Source of the DNA: Bacteriovoracaceae bacterium
GTDB taxonomy: Bacteria > Bdellovibrionota > Bacteriovoracia > Bacteriovoracales > Bacteriovoracaceae
DNA: 64,000 bases
Reading direction: 5' to 3'
Assembly: GCA_041586955.1 (NCBI GenBank)
Contig: JBFGZE010000001.1
Coordinates: forward strand, 32,001 to 96,000
Numbering within the stretch: position 1 is the first letter of the stretch; each line of letters begins with the position of its first letter. Both the position numbers and the translations under genes were made by a program. This document shows positions 19,769 to 29,488 of the stretch, piece after piece. The notes under the pieces were generated by a model that was given only the letters and a program-made list of their open reading frames with translations, ran no database searches and was not told the DNA's origin.

Positions 19769-20536
19769 TTAAATTATTTTTTGACTGATCGCAAGTTTAT
19801 TCCAAAATCTCATTTTTGTGTTTTGGTCACTATCAGGAGATTTTTTTCCTGTAATTTTTTCTAATGAATAATCAAGGTCTAAAAAAATATCCTTATAACG
19901 CTTTTTTTGAATCATGCTCAACATAGGCTTAAGGGATTTTTTAAACTTCAAATCACCCATTGTTCTAATAATAGACTTCACAATATGAGCTCTTTTATTC
20001 CCTTTTTTAGAAGAGTAATAATTACGCTTATCATAGAGCATTGACCAGACATTTGGAGCTAAAGAGACAACATTTAGTTTGCGGATATTCTGCAAGGCCT
20101 GCGAGCGAACGATAAGAGATTTATCTTTAAGCGCTTTCGCATAGACTTTATCAAGCTTGTTTTGCTTTAAAGAAAGAAGAGTTTTTAAGCTTGCCATTCG
20201 TAAAACCCAATTTGGATGTTCTAAAAATTTTGAAATAAAAGGAACTGATTTTTTACCCATAATCTTCCCAACGAGAAAAGTCGCCATCCAACGATTTTTA
20301 TCAGGGTATTTGGCCCCCTTCATAACTTTGATGAGAATGGGAATGGCCTTACCTCCCAAGCGAATAGTATCTTGCTTTAAAGATACCATTTCCTTTTTAC
20401 TGAGATTCTTTTTATAGCTCTCAAGCAGAGGAGATTTTGTTCCAAGGGTTGGTTTTTTAATATTAGCAAATGATGGAGTTGATAAAATTAGAAGGAGAGC
20501 TGTCATTAACCCTCGTAATTGATTGCAGGAAATCAT
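19769..20536 (-). CDS. Exported HEAT-repeat protein
   Basis: Signal peptide; repeats LEHPNWVLRMASLKTL and LKDKSLIVRSQALQNI. Confidence 0.8.
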   Translation of the reverse strand: MISCNQLRGLMTALLLILSTPSFANIKKPTLGTKSPLLESYKKNLSKKEMVSLKQDTIRLGGKAIPILIKVMKGAKYPDKNRWMATFLVGKIMGKKSVPFISKFLEHPNWVLRMASLKTLLSLKQNKLDKVYAKALKDKSLIVRSQALQNIRKLNVVSLAPNVWSMLYDKRNYYSSKKGNKRAHIVKSIIRTMGDLKFKKSLKPMLSMIQKKRYKDIFLDLDYSLEKITGKKSPDSDQNTKMRFWNKLAISQKII

Positions 20537-20556
20537 CGTCTTACATCCTAGTTAAA

Positions 20557-21534
20557 TTAACCGAGCATCTTTTCAAATTCACTTAATAATTCTTCGGCCG
20601 ATTTTTGATCGCCTTCATCTTCAGACCCATCCGGCATATCAGCTCCACCATCTGCTTTTTCAGCTGGTTCGGCCGCAACTGGTTCTTCTTCTTCTTCTTC
20701 TTCAAACCCACCGATCGGGAGATCATCTCCACTTTCCACTTCATCGCCTGTAGGAATGGGAGCTCCATCTTCACTTGAGTCCATCATTGAATCAGGCATA
20801 TCATCACCAGAGTCGGGACTCTCTTTAGGCCCACTGTCAGACTCTCCCCCCATATCAGCAATGGTTTTTTTCAATTGGTCATTTTCCTGCTGAAGGCGCT
20901 TAAGGTTGGCCAAATCTTCTTCAATAATTTCGTATTCAGTTAACTTTTCTTTGAGTTCGTCTAATTCAGCGACAAGCTCAGATACTGCACCATCGTCTCC
21001 GGAACTCTCTTTTGCCTTGGCCAAGAGACCCTCTAATTCTGTAATACGATCTTTTAATTGTTGGTTTTCAGTTTTTAAAGATTTGATTTCATCTAATAAA
21101 GAGGAATCATCGCCACTGGCAGCTGCTGTTAATTGTTTTTCTAAATCAGAGACCATTTTTTCTTTATCTGCAAGGTCACGCCTTAAAGCAGTAATCTCGG
21201 CACTTTTTTGATTAAGAACTTCCTCTGGAATACCTGAATTTAAGGCATTACTACTTGGCAAATTCTGAACAGGAACAACGGAAGGAATACTCTCGCCAAT
21301 ATCTAGGCCACTACCACGAAATAAGGTTGATTTAAGAGAATTAGAGTTTTGAATTATGGAATCCAAATAATTTTTAACGACACTTGCTGGAATTTGATGC
21401 GTTAGTTTCTTAAACTTTCTTCTATTGTAATCCCAATAGAAGAAGAGAACCACCAATGTAGTCATCAAAAGGGAAGCCGCGATCATTACGATCTCGTCAT
21501 TATACTTAGTAAACGATAAAATGAGAGTTTCCAC
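20557..21534 (-). CDS. Membrane-anchored coiled-coil protein with acidic disordered tail
   Basis: N-terminal TM, heptad region, D/E/G/S/P-rich tail, terminal helix AEELLSEFEKMLG. Confidence 0.8.
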   Translation of the reverse strand: METLILSFTKYNDEIVMIAASLLMTTLVVLFFYWDYNRRKFKKLTHQIPASVVKNYLDSIIQNSNSLKSTLFRGSGLDIGESIPSVVPVQNLPSSNALNSGIPEEVLNQKSAEITALRRDLADKEKMVSDLEKQLTAAASGDDSSLLDEIKSLKTENQQLKDRITELEGLLAKAKESSGDDGAVSELVAELDELKEKLTEYEIIEEDLANLKRLQQENDQLKKTIADMGGESDSGPKESPDSGDDMPDSMMDSSEDGAPIPTGDEVESGDDLPIGGFEEEEEEEPVAAEPAEKADGGADMPDGSEDEGDQKSAEELLSEFEKMLG

Positions 21535-21587
21535 CTTTATCCATCCTTGGAAGAGCGGTTTCTAATGCTCTAAAATGTTCTTCTATA

Positions 21588-21616
21588 ATTATTAAAGCGT
21601 ATGAAATTTTTGTCAA
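21588..21616 (-). promoter_or_regulatory. Possible sigma70 promoter
   Basis: TTGACA-N17-AATAAT on the minus strand. Confidence 0.55.
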
Positions 21617-21629
21617 ATCAAGGAGCGAA

Positions 21630-22481
21630 TTACCCAGAAACTTGACCTACCATTTTGGTATGAATACTAGGGTGGGACGCCACAATATGAGGGCCGAAGG
21701 GAGAATATTTGCGACCATTATAGTCTGTTACCTTGATGCCCGCTTCTTGGCAGATAACCATCGCCGCACAAGTATCCCAAGGGGCCAGCCCCCTTTCCCA
21801 AAAGCCATCGAAAATCCCCTGGGCCACATGACAAAGATCAAGGGCAGCTGAACCCATACGGCGAATTCCGCGACTGGTAGACATTATTTTCTTAAAGATG
21901 CGAAATTCATTATCGAAAACCTTACCTTTTTCTGTAGCAAACCCTGTCACTAAAAGGCATTCTCTGAGATTTTTCTTCACCTTCCGCTGCTCTAGCTTCT
22001 TTTTACGCATTTTTTTCTGAGAATTTTCAAGGTAAGCTCCAACACCATCGATGGCCCAATAAAAGTCCCCCGTTTGTGGTCGATAAATGACACCTAAAAC
22101 TGCTTTGCCCTTCACCATAAGGCCAATACAAACAGCAAAGTAATCCATACCATTTAAAAAATTGGTCGTTCCATCGAGGGGATCAATCACCCAAAGACAA
22201 TCTTCACCGGCGGTAAATTGACTCCAGTCACCTCGGCCTTCCATAAACCAAGATTCTTCCGCCATAAAGCCAAAAGACGGCCTTTTCTTTTTTAATTCTT
22301 TAAGAATAAATTTCTCGGCCTTGATATCTGCCTCAGAGACCACCCCCTGTGCCTCTTTTCCGCATATATCGAGAGAGTGGATCTTTTTTTGATATTTAAT
22401 GAGAATAGAGCCCGCTTTTTCTGCAACCTCTTTAACTTCCTTTAAAATTTTTTTTAATTCATTCGTTGGTATTCTTTTCAT
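21630..22481 (-). CDS. suhB: Inositol monophosphatase family protein (SuhB-like)
   Basis: WVIDPLDGTTNF, RRMGSAALD, PWD. Start moved to ATG 22481 to reduce overlap with yacG. Confidence 0.9.
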   Translation of the reverse strand: MKRIPTNELKKILKEVKEVAEKAGSILIKYQKKIHSLDICGKEAQGVVSEADIKAEKFILKELKKKRPSFGFMAEESWFMEGRGDWSQFTAGEDCLWVIDPLDGTTNFLNGMDYFAVCIGLMVKGKAVLGVIYRPQTGDFYWAIDGVGAYLENSQKKMRKKKLEQRKVKKNLRECLLVTGFATEKGKVFDNEFRIFKKIMSTSRGIRRMGSAALDLCHVAQGIFDGFWERGLAPWDTCAAMVICQEAGIKVTDYNGRKYSPFGPHIVASHPSIHTKMVGQVSG

Positions 22482-22695
22482 CGTTTTCCAGGGCCCGGGC
22501 CAAGTTATCCATTTCTTCTGTGGTAATATTTTTAGCAGGTACGGCATATTGCCCCTGCATCCAATTCCCCAAATCAACCATTTTACACCTTTCTGTGCAA
22601 AAGGGGCGAAAATCACTTTGATAATAAGAAAATTCTTTTTGGCATTTTGGACATTTTACCCGCAATGTTTTCTTTTTAGAATTGGTTTGATTCAT
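22459..22695 (-). CDS. yacG: DNA gyrase inhibitor YacG
   Basis: CPKC...RPFCTERCKMVDLGNW. Confidence 0.9.
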   Translation of the reverse strand: MNQTNSKKKTLRVKCPKCQKEFSYYQSDFRPFCTERCKMVDLGNWMQGQYAVPAKNITTEEMDNLARALENDEKNTNE

Positions 22696-23488
22696 TAATA
22701 AAGTCCTCATTCATTTTCAATTCAATCTTTGAGTCAGAAGTATATTTCATATCATCTATTTCATGGACTTGCCATAAGCCACGGGCCGCATTAATGGCGT
22801 AACAATGGCGATAATCTGCCAAGTCCTGATAGAAGATTTCTTTTTCCACTAGAGGTAAGCTGTTCAAAACCTTCCTCTTTAATAACCATTGCCGACATAA
22901 TCCATTTAATAGTTTACCGGAACTTCGTGGTGTCACCCAACCATACTCATTACCAAAGATAATATTAAAAAAGCTTCCCTCTTGAACCTGCTCTCCTTGA
23001 TCTATCAATAAATAGGGAGGCTCCTCCCCAGGTGGATAAATCAACAAAGAGTCTGTTTTCAAAAAGGGAGGGTATTCATTCCTCAATGAGGATAATTTTT
23101 TTGATTGCAAGACACGTGGAACGCTTATGGCGCAATCCCTCGGGATAAAACCATAAGTCAGTTCTTGACCATTCCAATAGCAATGAAAGCGCACGCTCCA
23201 AGTTTTACTTGCCGGCAATGATCGAACGAGTTCTTTCAACTCTTTCAAGGCAACCTGAAAAAAGTCCTCTAAAGAGTCTCTTAGGCCCAGAAAAGAGAGG
23301 GACTGCTCTAAGCGCTGGCAATGTTCCCGCCACCACCAGATTCGGTCATGTTTTACACGGATAGTCGTAAAGCATGACCCCTGGCCCCGAGGAATTTCAT
23401 TTTCAACTATTTGCTGACCATCGCCATTAAGTGCTCTTAATTTCATAGACTTCCTATAGTAGAAAGTTTGCTTTGGAATTTCAAACAT
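22676..23488 (-). CDS. PLP-dependent class IV aminotransferase family (PabC/IlvE-like), divergent
   Basis: FTTIRV, HCQRLEQS, LKT, EGSFFNI, LLNGLCR, INAARG. Confidence 0.75.
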   Translation of the reverse strand: MFEIPKQTFYYRKSMKLRALNGDGQQIVENEIPRGQGSCFTTIRVKHDRIWWWREHCQRLEQSLSFLGLRDSLEDFFQVALKELKELVRSLPASKTWSVRFHCYWNGQELTYGFIPRDCAISVPRVLQSKKLSSLRNEYPPFLKTDSLLIYPPGEEPPYLLIDQGEQVQEGSFFNIIFGNEYGWVTPRSSGKLLNGLCRQWLLKRKVLNSLPLVEKEIFYQDLADYRHCYAINAARGLWQVHEIDDMKYTSDSKIELKMNEDFINESNQF

Positions 23489-23504
23489 GGTAACACTCTA
23501 GGCC

Positions 23505-24455
23505 ATGGATCTCGGGAACCTAGACAAACATTTACTGATTATTGGACTCGGCTCTCAGGCCAAATCTTGGGCCTTGAATCTTTCCAATTCTGGTTGGGAT
23601 ATTACAATTGGGCTACGCCCCAATAGTCCCTCTTTAACCGCTGCGAGAGACTTAGGGCTTAAAACCCTAGAGCTCGAGCAGGCGATCCCCATGGCCCAGC
23701 ATATTGCTCTTCTCATCCCCGATCATGAGCAATTATCATTTCTCAAACAATGGCAGAGTTACTTTCAAAATCAGGCCCAAATTATTTATGCGCACGGTTT
23801 TGCTCCTCATCGCCATCAATTGGCCGAAAAATATCCGACTCTCGGCCACCTTCTTTTAGCACCCAAATGTATTGCCCGTGAACTTAGGAATTATTATGTC
23901 GAGGGTAGGCCCATCGGTGGCTCCATTGGCCCTCTTGATACTCTATCCTCCGAGCAAAAAGAATTACTTTTTGCGATGGGTAAAGATTTAGGTCTAGCAG
24001 GAAACCTTTTTCCCTCTAACTTTAAAGAAGAATGTGAAGCTGATTCTTTTTCCGAGCAGGCCCTTCTTTGTGGCCTTCTCCCCTATGGCGCGTTAGCAGC
24101 GTTTAAGGCCCTCCGTAAAAATGGATTCTCTAAAGAGATTTCATTTATGGAGTGTTGGCTAGAAGTTAAATTAATCGCCGATACAATGATCGAATTAGGT
24201 CCCGAAAAATTTTTTGAACTGATCAGCCCCAATGCCTTAATTGGTGCCCATGAAGCACAAAAAGAATTATTTGGCGCAGAGTTTGAAAATAAGTTAGACA
24301 AGCTTTTATTAAATATCCAAAATGGCAAATTCTACCAGAAATTGGATGGTGTCGACTTTTCATCTTATAGAAAAAATGTTTTAGATCAGTGGAAAAATGA
24401 AGAATTGACTCAAACCTTTAATGAATTAAAGGGGCAATTAATTGATGGCATCTAA
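23505..24455 (+). CDS. ilvC: Ketol-acid reductoisomerase (IlvC) paralogue
   Basis: IIGLGSQA, LLIPD, YAHGF, APK, DSFSEQALLCG, ECWLEVKLIAD. Confidence 0.8.
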   Translation: MDLGNLDKHLLIIGLGSQAKSWALNLSNSGWDITIGLRPNSPSLTAARDLGLKTLELEQAIPMAQHIALLIPDHEQLSFLKQWQSYFQNQAQIIYAHGFAPHRHQLAEKYPTLGHLLLAPKCIARELRNYYVEGRPIGGSIGPLDTLSSEQKELLFAMGKDLGLAGNLFPSNFKEECEADSFSEQALLCGLLPYGALAAFKALRKNGFSKEISFMECWLEVKLIADTMIELGPEKFFELISPNALIGAHEAQKELFGAEFENKLDKLLLNIQNGKFYQKLDGVDFSSYRKNVLDQWKNEELTQTFNELKGQLIDGI

Positions 24456-25239
24456 ACACACTATTCGTAGTTTAAAAAATCGCAAGCATGCATTTGAGAG
24501 AAAACCTCTGCAAATGCTCACTTGTTATGATTTTCAAACCGCTCAATTATTAAACGAAACGGAACTCGATCTTATATTAGTCGGCGATAGTCTCGGTAAT
24601 GTTATCCTGGGATATGAAACCACTGTTCAAGTGACTCTCAATGATATGATTACTTTTGGTAGTGCTGTCAAAAGAGGAGCGCCCGACAAGTTTACGGTCG
24701 TAGACCTCCCTTTTGGAACCTATAGTAGTGTTGAAACCGGAATTAAAAATGCCATTAAACTTTTTCAAAAAACATCTTGTGAGGCCATCAAGCTAGAAGG
24801 TGCTTTTGATTATCAATGTGAGCTGATTACTCGTCTCACAGAAAATGGAGTTCCGGTCATGGGGCATATTGGACTCACTCCTCAATCTGTCCATCAATTG
24901 GGGGGCTATTATACCCATGGCAAAAATCAACTGGAGCAAGATCGCCTTTTAAAAGAAGCTCTTAAATTACAACAGGCCGGAGTTTTTGCTCTCGTTCTTG
25001 AATGTGTTGAAAAAAAATTATCCGAAAAGATCACTCAATCCCTGCACATCCCTACCATAGGCATTGGTGCCGGCGAAGCGACTGATGGCCAAGTTTTAGT
25101 AACAAATGATTTACTTAAAATGGGCCCCCAAATGCCACCCAAGTTTTGTCAGCCTATTGCTGATTTATACCAACTAAAAAAAGATTTAATTAATCAATAC
25201 CTCAACCATGATAAAACAGAAGAAAATCGCATCCATTGA
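24445..25239 (+). CDS. panB: 3-methyl-2-oxobutanoate hydroxymethyltransferase
   Basis: LVGDSLG, KLEG, GHIGLTPQ, IGIGAG, DGQVLV. Confidence 0.96.
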   Translation: MASKHTIRSLKNRKHAFERKPLQMLTCYDFQTAQLLNETELDLILVGDSLGNVILGYETTVQVTLNDMITFGSAVKRGAPDKFTVVDLPFGTYSSVETGIKNAIKLFQKTSCEAIKLEGAFDYQCELITRLTENGVPVMGHIGLTPQSVHQLGGYYTHGKNQLEQDRLLKEALKLQQAGVFALVLECVEKKLSEKITQSLHIPTIGIGAGEATDGQVLVTNDLLKMGPQMPPKFCQPIADLYQLKKDLINQYLNHDKTEENRIH

Positions 25240-25930
25240 TATTGGAAATAATCATACTAATGTTGGACTTCTTAATAAGGACCAATTGGAAATCCTCTCT
25301 TTAGCGGATTTCCTGACTCATTATAATGCCGAAGAGTTTTACTTTGCGGTTTCAGAGGTTGGTATCCCTCCAGAAGAAATAGGCGAGATCCAAGAAATTC
25401 CCTTAAGAGAGCAATTCCGCATGGGCCAATTTCTGGATATGCCTGTCGCCTATGGCAAAAGTCTAGGCGATGACCGTCTTTATCCAGCATACCAAGTTTT
25501 TAAAAATTACCACGGCATTAGTATGATTCTTGATCTGGGGACTTTCCTTACAATAGACTTTATTTCCCACGAAAAAGGTTTTCTCGGTGGCTTTATCGTT
25601 CCTGGTCTAGATGAGTTTTTGGCGGTGTTCAAACGAGGCCGCCTTTTACCCGACCTCAAAAAAGAGGAATTAACCGGATCTGAGCTCACACCACTTCCCA
25701 CTAATACTGTTGAAGCTGGCCTCAAAGGCTCTCAACTCTATTTACAAGGCCTTATTTCACGAGCAGTAAAGCTCTATCCTGTGACTCAAGTGATTTTAAC
25801 GGGGGGAGGCCTGCCCTATTTACAGGATAATTGCCAACAATTGGAATTGCCTCCCATTATTCCATGCCCCAACCTTCTACACCAATCCCTACATTTCAGT
25901 GCCCAATGCGTCATGACCAATCTTAGCTAA
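25208..25930 (+). CDS. coaX: Type III pantothenate kinase
   Basis: IDIGNN, LGDDR, DLGTFLTID, GGFIVPG, TGGG. Confidence 0.9.
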   Translation: MIKQKKIASIDIGNNHTNVGLLNKDQLEILSLADFLTHYNAEEFYFAVSEVGIPPEEIGEIQEIPLREQFRMGQFLDMPVAYGKSLGDDRLYPAYQVFKNYHGISMILDLGTFLTIDFISHEKGFLGGFIVPGLDEFLAVFKRGRLLPDLKKEELTGSELTPLPTNTVEAGLKGSQLYLQGLISRAVKLYPVTQVILTGGGLPYLQDNCQQLELPPIIPCPNLLHQSLHFSAQCVMTNLS

Positions 25931-25947
25931 TTTGACATAGTGCCGGC

Positions 25948-27162
25948 ATGAAAATTGTCCTTGGAGTTTGCGGCTCCATAGCCGCCTATAAAACCTACGA
26001 CCTCTTAAGAAGCTTGATCAAAAATGGTCATCAAGTGCGCGTTGTGCTGACCCAAAAAGCGCAATCATTAGTCCATGCTCAGATGTTTCGCTATCTAGGG
26101 GCCGACGATGTTTGGTGTGATCAAAGAGAATGGCAGGGAAATGAGCACGAAATTGGCCATATTCAATTGGCCCGCTGGGCAGATCAATTGGTCCTTTGCC
26201 CCCTAACGGCTAATACCATGGGACTTATGGCCCATGGTCTGTCTCCCAATTTATTGACCTCCCTTTTTCTCGCATTTGAGAGGTATAAACCCATATTGGC
26301 CTTTAAGGCCATGAATACTCAAATGCTGACCAACCCCCTGGTTCAAGAGAACGAAGAAAAACTGACTTCCCTACTTCCTAATTTATTTATTCATCCCTCT
26401 AGTTTTGGGAAGTTGGCCTGCCAAGAGCAGGGCCAGGGTAAACTACCTACTATCGAAGAAATTGTGGCGCTCATTGAGTCCACTAGTCTCACCCGTAAAA
26501 ACAAAAGAATTCTCATTACAACTGGCGCCACAATCGCGCCACTTGATCCAGTTCGCTACCTCACCAACCCCTCTTCAGGAATGACTGGCTTTTATCTGGC
26601 CAAAGATTATTTAAAAATGGGTTTTCAAGTCACTGTTATTGCGGGAAAAAATGCAACCACAGAATTAAATAATCTCATCAATCACCCCCACTTTAAACTC
26701 ACCAGGGTCGTATCGACAGAAGATATGTATCAAGAGGTTCTCCAAGAGTTTCCTCATTGTGATATTTATTTATCACCAGCAGCGATCAGTGATATTAGTT
26801 TTAAGAGCTCCACTCAAAAAATGAAAAAAAACCAAATCAAATCCTCGCTTGCCATCGAAGCAGCTCCCGATATTTTGGCCTCTGTTTTAAAGCTTAAACA
26901 TCATCAAATCATTATTGGCTTTGCCGCCGAAACTGATCTCACAGAAGAGCAATTAATGACAAAATGGCGCAATAAGCCCTGCGATCTTTTGGTCGGTACA
27001 AGAGTTGATAATGGACTCATTAAAGAAAATGAAAATGAGACCCAAGGCTTTGGCACAGATCAGGCCAACTACCTATTCTTAAATAAAAAGGGTGAATATA
27101 AAAGTATGGCGCTTAATAAAGGAGAATTGGCAGGTGTTATCGCCTCTGAGGTCCAGCTATGA
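25948..27162 (+). CDS. coaBC: Bifunctional phosphopantothenoylcysteine decarboxylase/synthase
   Basis: GSIAAYK, HIQLA, AMN, LAC, DPVRYLTNPSSG, GFAAET. Confidence 0.95.
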   Translation: MKIVLGVCGSIAAYKTYDLLRSLIKNGHQVRVVLTQKAQSLVHAQMFRYLGADDVWCDQREWQGNEHEIGHIQLARWADQLVLCPLTANTMGLMAHGLSPNLLTSLFLAFERYKPILAFKAMNTQMLTNPLVQENEEKLTSLLPNLFIHPSSFGKLACQEQGQGKLPTIEEIVALIESTSLTRKNKRILITTGATIAPLDPVRYLTNPSSGMTGFYLAKDYLKMGFQVTVIAGKNATTELNNLINHPHFKLTRVVSTEDMYQEVLQEFPHCDIYLSPAAISDISFKSSTQKMKKNQIKSSLAIEAAPDILASVLKLKHHQIIIGFAAETDLTEEQLMTKWRNKPCDLLVGTRVDNGLIKENENETQGFGTDQANYLFLNKKGEYKSMALNKGELAGVIASEVQL

Positions 27163-28025
27163 GTACTCTATTTCAAAAAACACAAGATTTTAAAGTTTGG
27201 CGCCAAGGAGTGAAGGATCAAAGTATTGGATTTGTTCCCACCATGGGAAATCTGCATCCAGGTCATTTAGGCCTAGTTGAGCAATCTCTTAAGGATAATG
27301 ATATTACTATCGTTTCTATTTTTGTTAACCCCAAACAATTTGGGCCAAATGAAGATTTTGAGCGATACCCACGCACCTTGGCAGCGGATATTCATGCCCT
27401 AGAGCAATTCAAGGATGATAATAAAGACCTTATCATCTATGCTCCTGAATCCGCCGCCGATTTTTATCATAATCAATTCAATTCGATTATTTCGGTTAAG
27501 TCCTTTCAAGATCAGTTATGTGGCGCTAAGCGACCAGGACATTTTGATGGGGTCACAACTGTTGTCTATAAATTATTTGCGACCACTAAACCGACGAGGG
27601 CCTATTTCGGTCAAAAGGATTATCAACAATCCTTAATCATTCAAAAAATGGTTTTAGACCTGGAAATACCTGTTGATATAATCCTGATGCCAATTAGTAG
27701 AGAAGAGGATGGGCTAGCACGTAGTAGTCGCAACCAATATCTAGGGCCAAAAGAACGAACAACCGCCCTTAAACTCTCCTACGCGATCAAAGACCTTGAG
27801 AAAAAAGTTAAGAAGGCCAAAAAAGATGATATCTTTCACGCAGTGCCCGCTTGGATTCAAGAAATTAAAAAAAATGACTCCCACTTTGAATACTTAGAAA
27901 TTCTTGACGCAGAGGATTTAGAAGCAATAAGGCCACAAACGAAAACAGTTTTAATCGCTGGGGCCTATCAACTAGGGGCAACTCGCCTTATTGATAATAT
28001 CTTGGTACCATTAAATTATGCTTGA
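27159..28025 (+). CDS. panC: Pantoate--beta-alanine ligase
   Basis: VPTMGNLHPGH, FVNPKQF, RPGHFDGV, FGQKDYQQ, SSRN. Confidence 0.96.
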   Translation: MSTLFQKTQDFKVWRQGVKDQSIGFVPTMGNLHPGHLGLVEQSLKDNDITIVSIFVNPKQFGPNEDFERYPRTLAADIHALEQFKDDNKDLIIYAPESAADFYHNQFNSIISVKSFQDQLCGAKRPGHFDGVTTVVYKLFATTKPTRAYFGQKDYQQSLIIQKMVLDLEIPVDIILMPISREEDGLARSSRNQYLGPKERTTALKLSYAIKDLEKKVKKAKKDDIFHAVPAWIQEIKKNDSHFEYLEILDAEDLEAIRPQTKTVLIAGAYQLGATRLIDNILVPLNYA

Positions 28026-29349
28026 TAATGAATTTCACATTTCCAGAGAAGCAAAGGCCGCATTGATTTCAATCGTGAGCCCTCGCTTTCCCGAACATTC
28101 CACAACTGAGGAAACCAACCGCTCCCTAACTGAATTAAGGGAATTATTGCGAACCTTGGGTGTCCAGGCAGGCTATCAGCATGTGCAAAACCGCAAGACC
28201 ATTGATGCGGGAACCATCTTGGGCACAGGCAAACTTAAAGAAATCGCAAAAGATGCCAAAGATGATGGTGCCACCTTGCTTGTTTTCGACTTTGAATTGA
28301 CCTCAAGCCAGATTCGCAATATCAAAAAAATAACCGGTCTCTCAGTTGTTGATCGCGTTCATGTCATTTTAGAAATCTTTGCCGAACACGCCCGCACTCG
28401 AGAGGCAAAAATTCAAATTGAAATTGCTCGATTGCAATACGTCTTACCACGGCTCAGTGGTTTTTGGTCCCATCTTGGGCGGCAAAGAGGTGGTGTCGGA
28501 GTTAAAGGTGGCGAAGGTGAACAACAAATTGAACTTGACCGTCGTATTATTCGCGAGCGAATTGAGTTCTATAAAAAAGAACTTAAACTAATCGCAAAAT
28601 CTCGCCACCAACAAAAGAAACGTAGGCAGAACCAGGCCATTACCGTTGCCCTTGTGGGCTATACAAATGCGGGAAAATCCTCTCTCATGAATCGCCTTTG
28701 TAAAGTTGATATCTTGGAAGAAGATAAGCTCTTTGCCACATTAGATTCAACCTTTAGAACGCTTACTCCGGATACCAAGCCCCCTGTCATTCTCATCGAT
28801 ACAGTTGGTTTTATTTCCAATTTACCCAATGCCTTAATTGATGGCTTTAAAACAACATTAGAGTCAGCACTTGAAGCCGATCTCCTTCTTATTGTCTGTG
28901 ATGTCTCCGATCCCAATTATAAAAAGCAATTAGATGTTACCCAAAAAGTTTTAGAGGAGCTGGGAGTAAACGAGAAAGAGCAATTTATTATTTTTAATAA
29001 AAAAGATCTTTTAAAGAATTCGATTAAAGGGAAAATTATCAAAAGAACCCATCCCAATAGTTTCCTGGTTTCCTCCTTCGATCCCAGCGATATGAAAAAT
29101 TTAAGAGAATATATTATTAATTATTTTTTAAAGAAACAGGGCCATTACGATCTCTTCATTCCCTACGACGAAGGAACGGCCCACTCGACCGTGGCCTCAA
29201 AAACAAATATTCTTAAAACCACCAATCACGAAAAGGGTATTTTTTATCGTGTTCGTGTCCCCGATTTTATTTTCCACGGACTTCATCTTGAAAACTTTAT
29301 TTTGGGCCCAGAAGACCCCATCCGGGAAGAATTGACTAAAGAAATTTAG
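28018..29349 (+). CDS. hflX: Ribosome-splitting GTPase HflX
   Basis: GYTNAGKS, LFATLD, DTVGFI, NKKD. Confidence 0.96.
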   Translation: MLDNEFHISREAKAALISIVSPRFPEHSTTEETNRSLTELRELLRTLGVQAGYQHVQNRKTIDAGTILGTGKLKEIAKDAKDDGATLLVFDFELTSSQIRNIKKITGLSVVDRVHVILEIFAEHARTREAKIQIEIARLQYVLPRLSGFWSHLGRQRGGVGVKGGEGEQQIELDRRIIRERIEFYKKELKLIAKSRHQQKKRRQNQAITVALVGYTNAGKSSLMNRLCKVDILEEDKLFATLDSTFRTLTPDTKPPVILIDTVGFISNLPNALIDGFKTTLESALEADLLLIVCDVSDPNYKKQLDVTQKVLEELGVNEKEQFIIFNKKDLLKNSIKGKIIKRTHPNSFLVSSFDPSDMKNLREYIINYFLKKQGHYDLFIPYDEGTAHSTVASKTNILKTTNHEKGIFYRVRVPDFIFHGLHLENFILGPEDPIREELTKEI

Positions 29350-29441
29350 CCAAAAATACCACTTCGAAAATAGAGAGTTCCCATTACGATAAAAAGAACC
29401 AGGGAAATTCCCACTCCGACAAATAACCATTCCTTGTCCAT
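29346..29441 (-). CDS. Small single-TM protein, 31 aa (MDKEWLFVGVGISLVLFIVMGTLYFRSGIFG)
   Basis: SD AAGGAG 6 nt before the ATG; fills the intergenic gap; stop overlaps the hflX stop. Not in the ORF track. Confidence 0.7.
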   Translation of the reverse strand: MDKEWLFVGVGISLVLFIVMGTLYFRSGIFG

Positions 29442-29461
29442 AACAAGCTCCTTTATAGAAC

Positions 29462-29488
29462 TTATCGGACAAGCCCCTTTTCCATTAA
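29462..29488 (-). promoter_or_regulatory. Probable sigma28 (FliA) promoter for the 31-aa gene
   Basis: TTAA-N15-TCCGATAA ending 20 nt before ATG 29441. Confidence 0.55.

Noticed and set aside
22482..22616. N-terminal extension of the suhB ORF
   Set aside because: Overlaps yacG in another frame; ATG 22481 gives a normal-length protein.
29197..29472. 91-aa minus-strand ORF in the track
   Set aside because: Overlaps hflX antisense; the 31-aa ORF in another frame has the SD and fits the gap.
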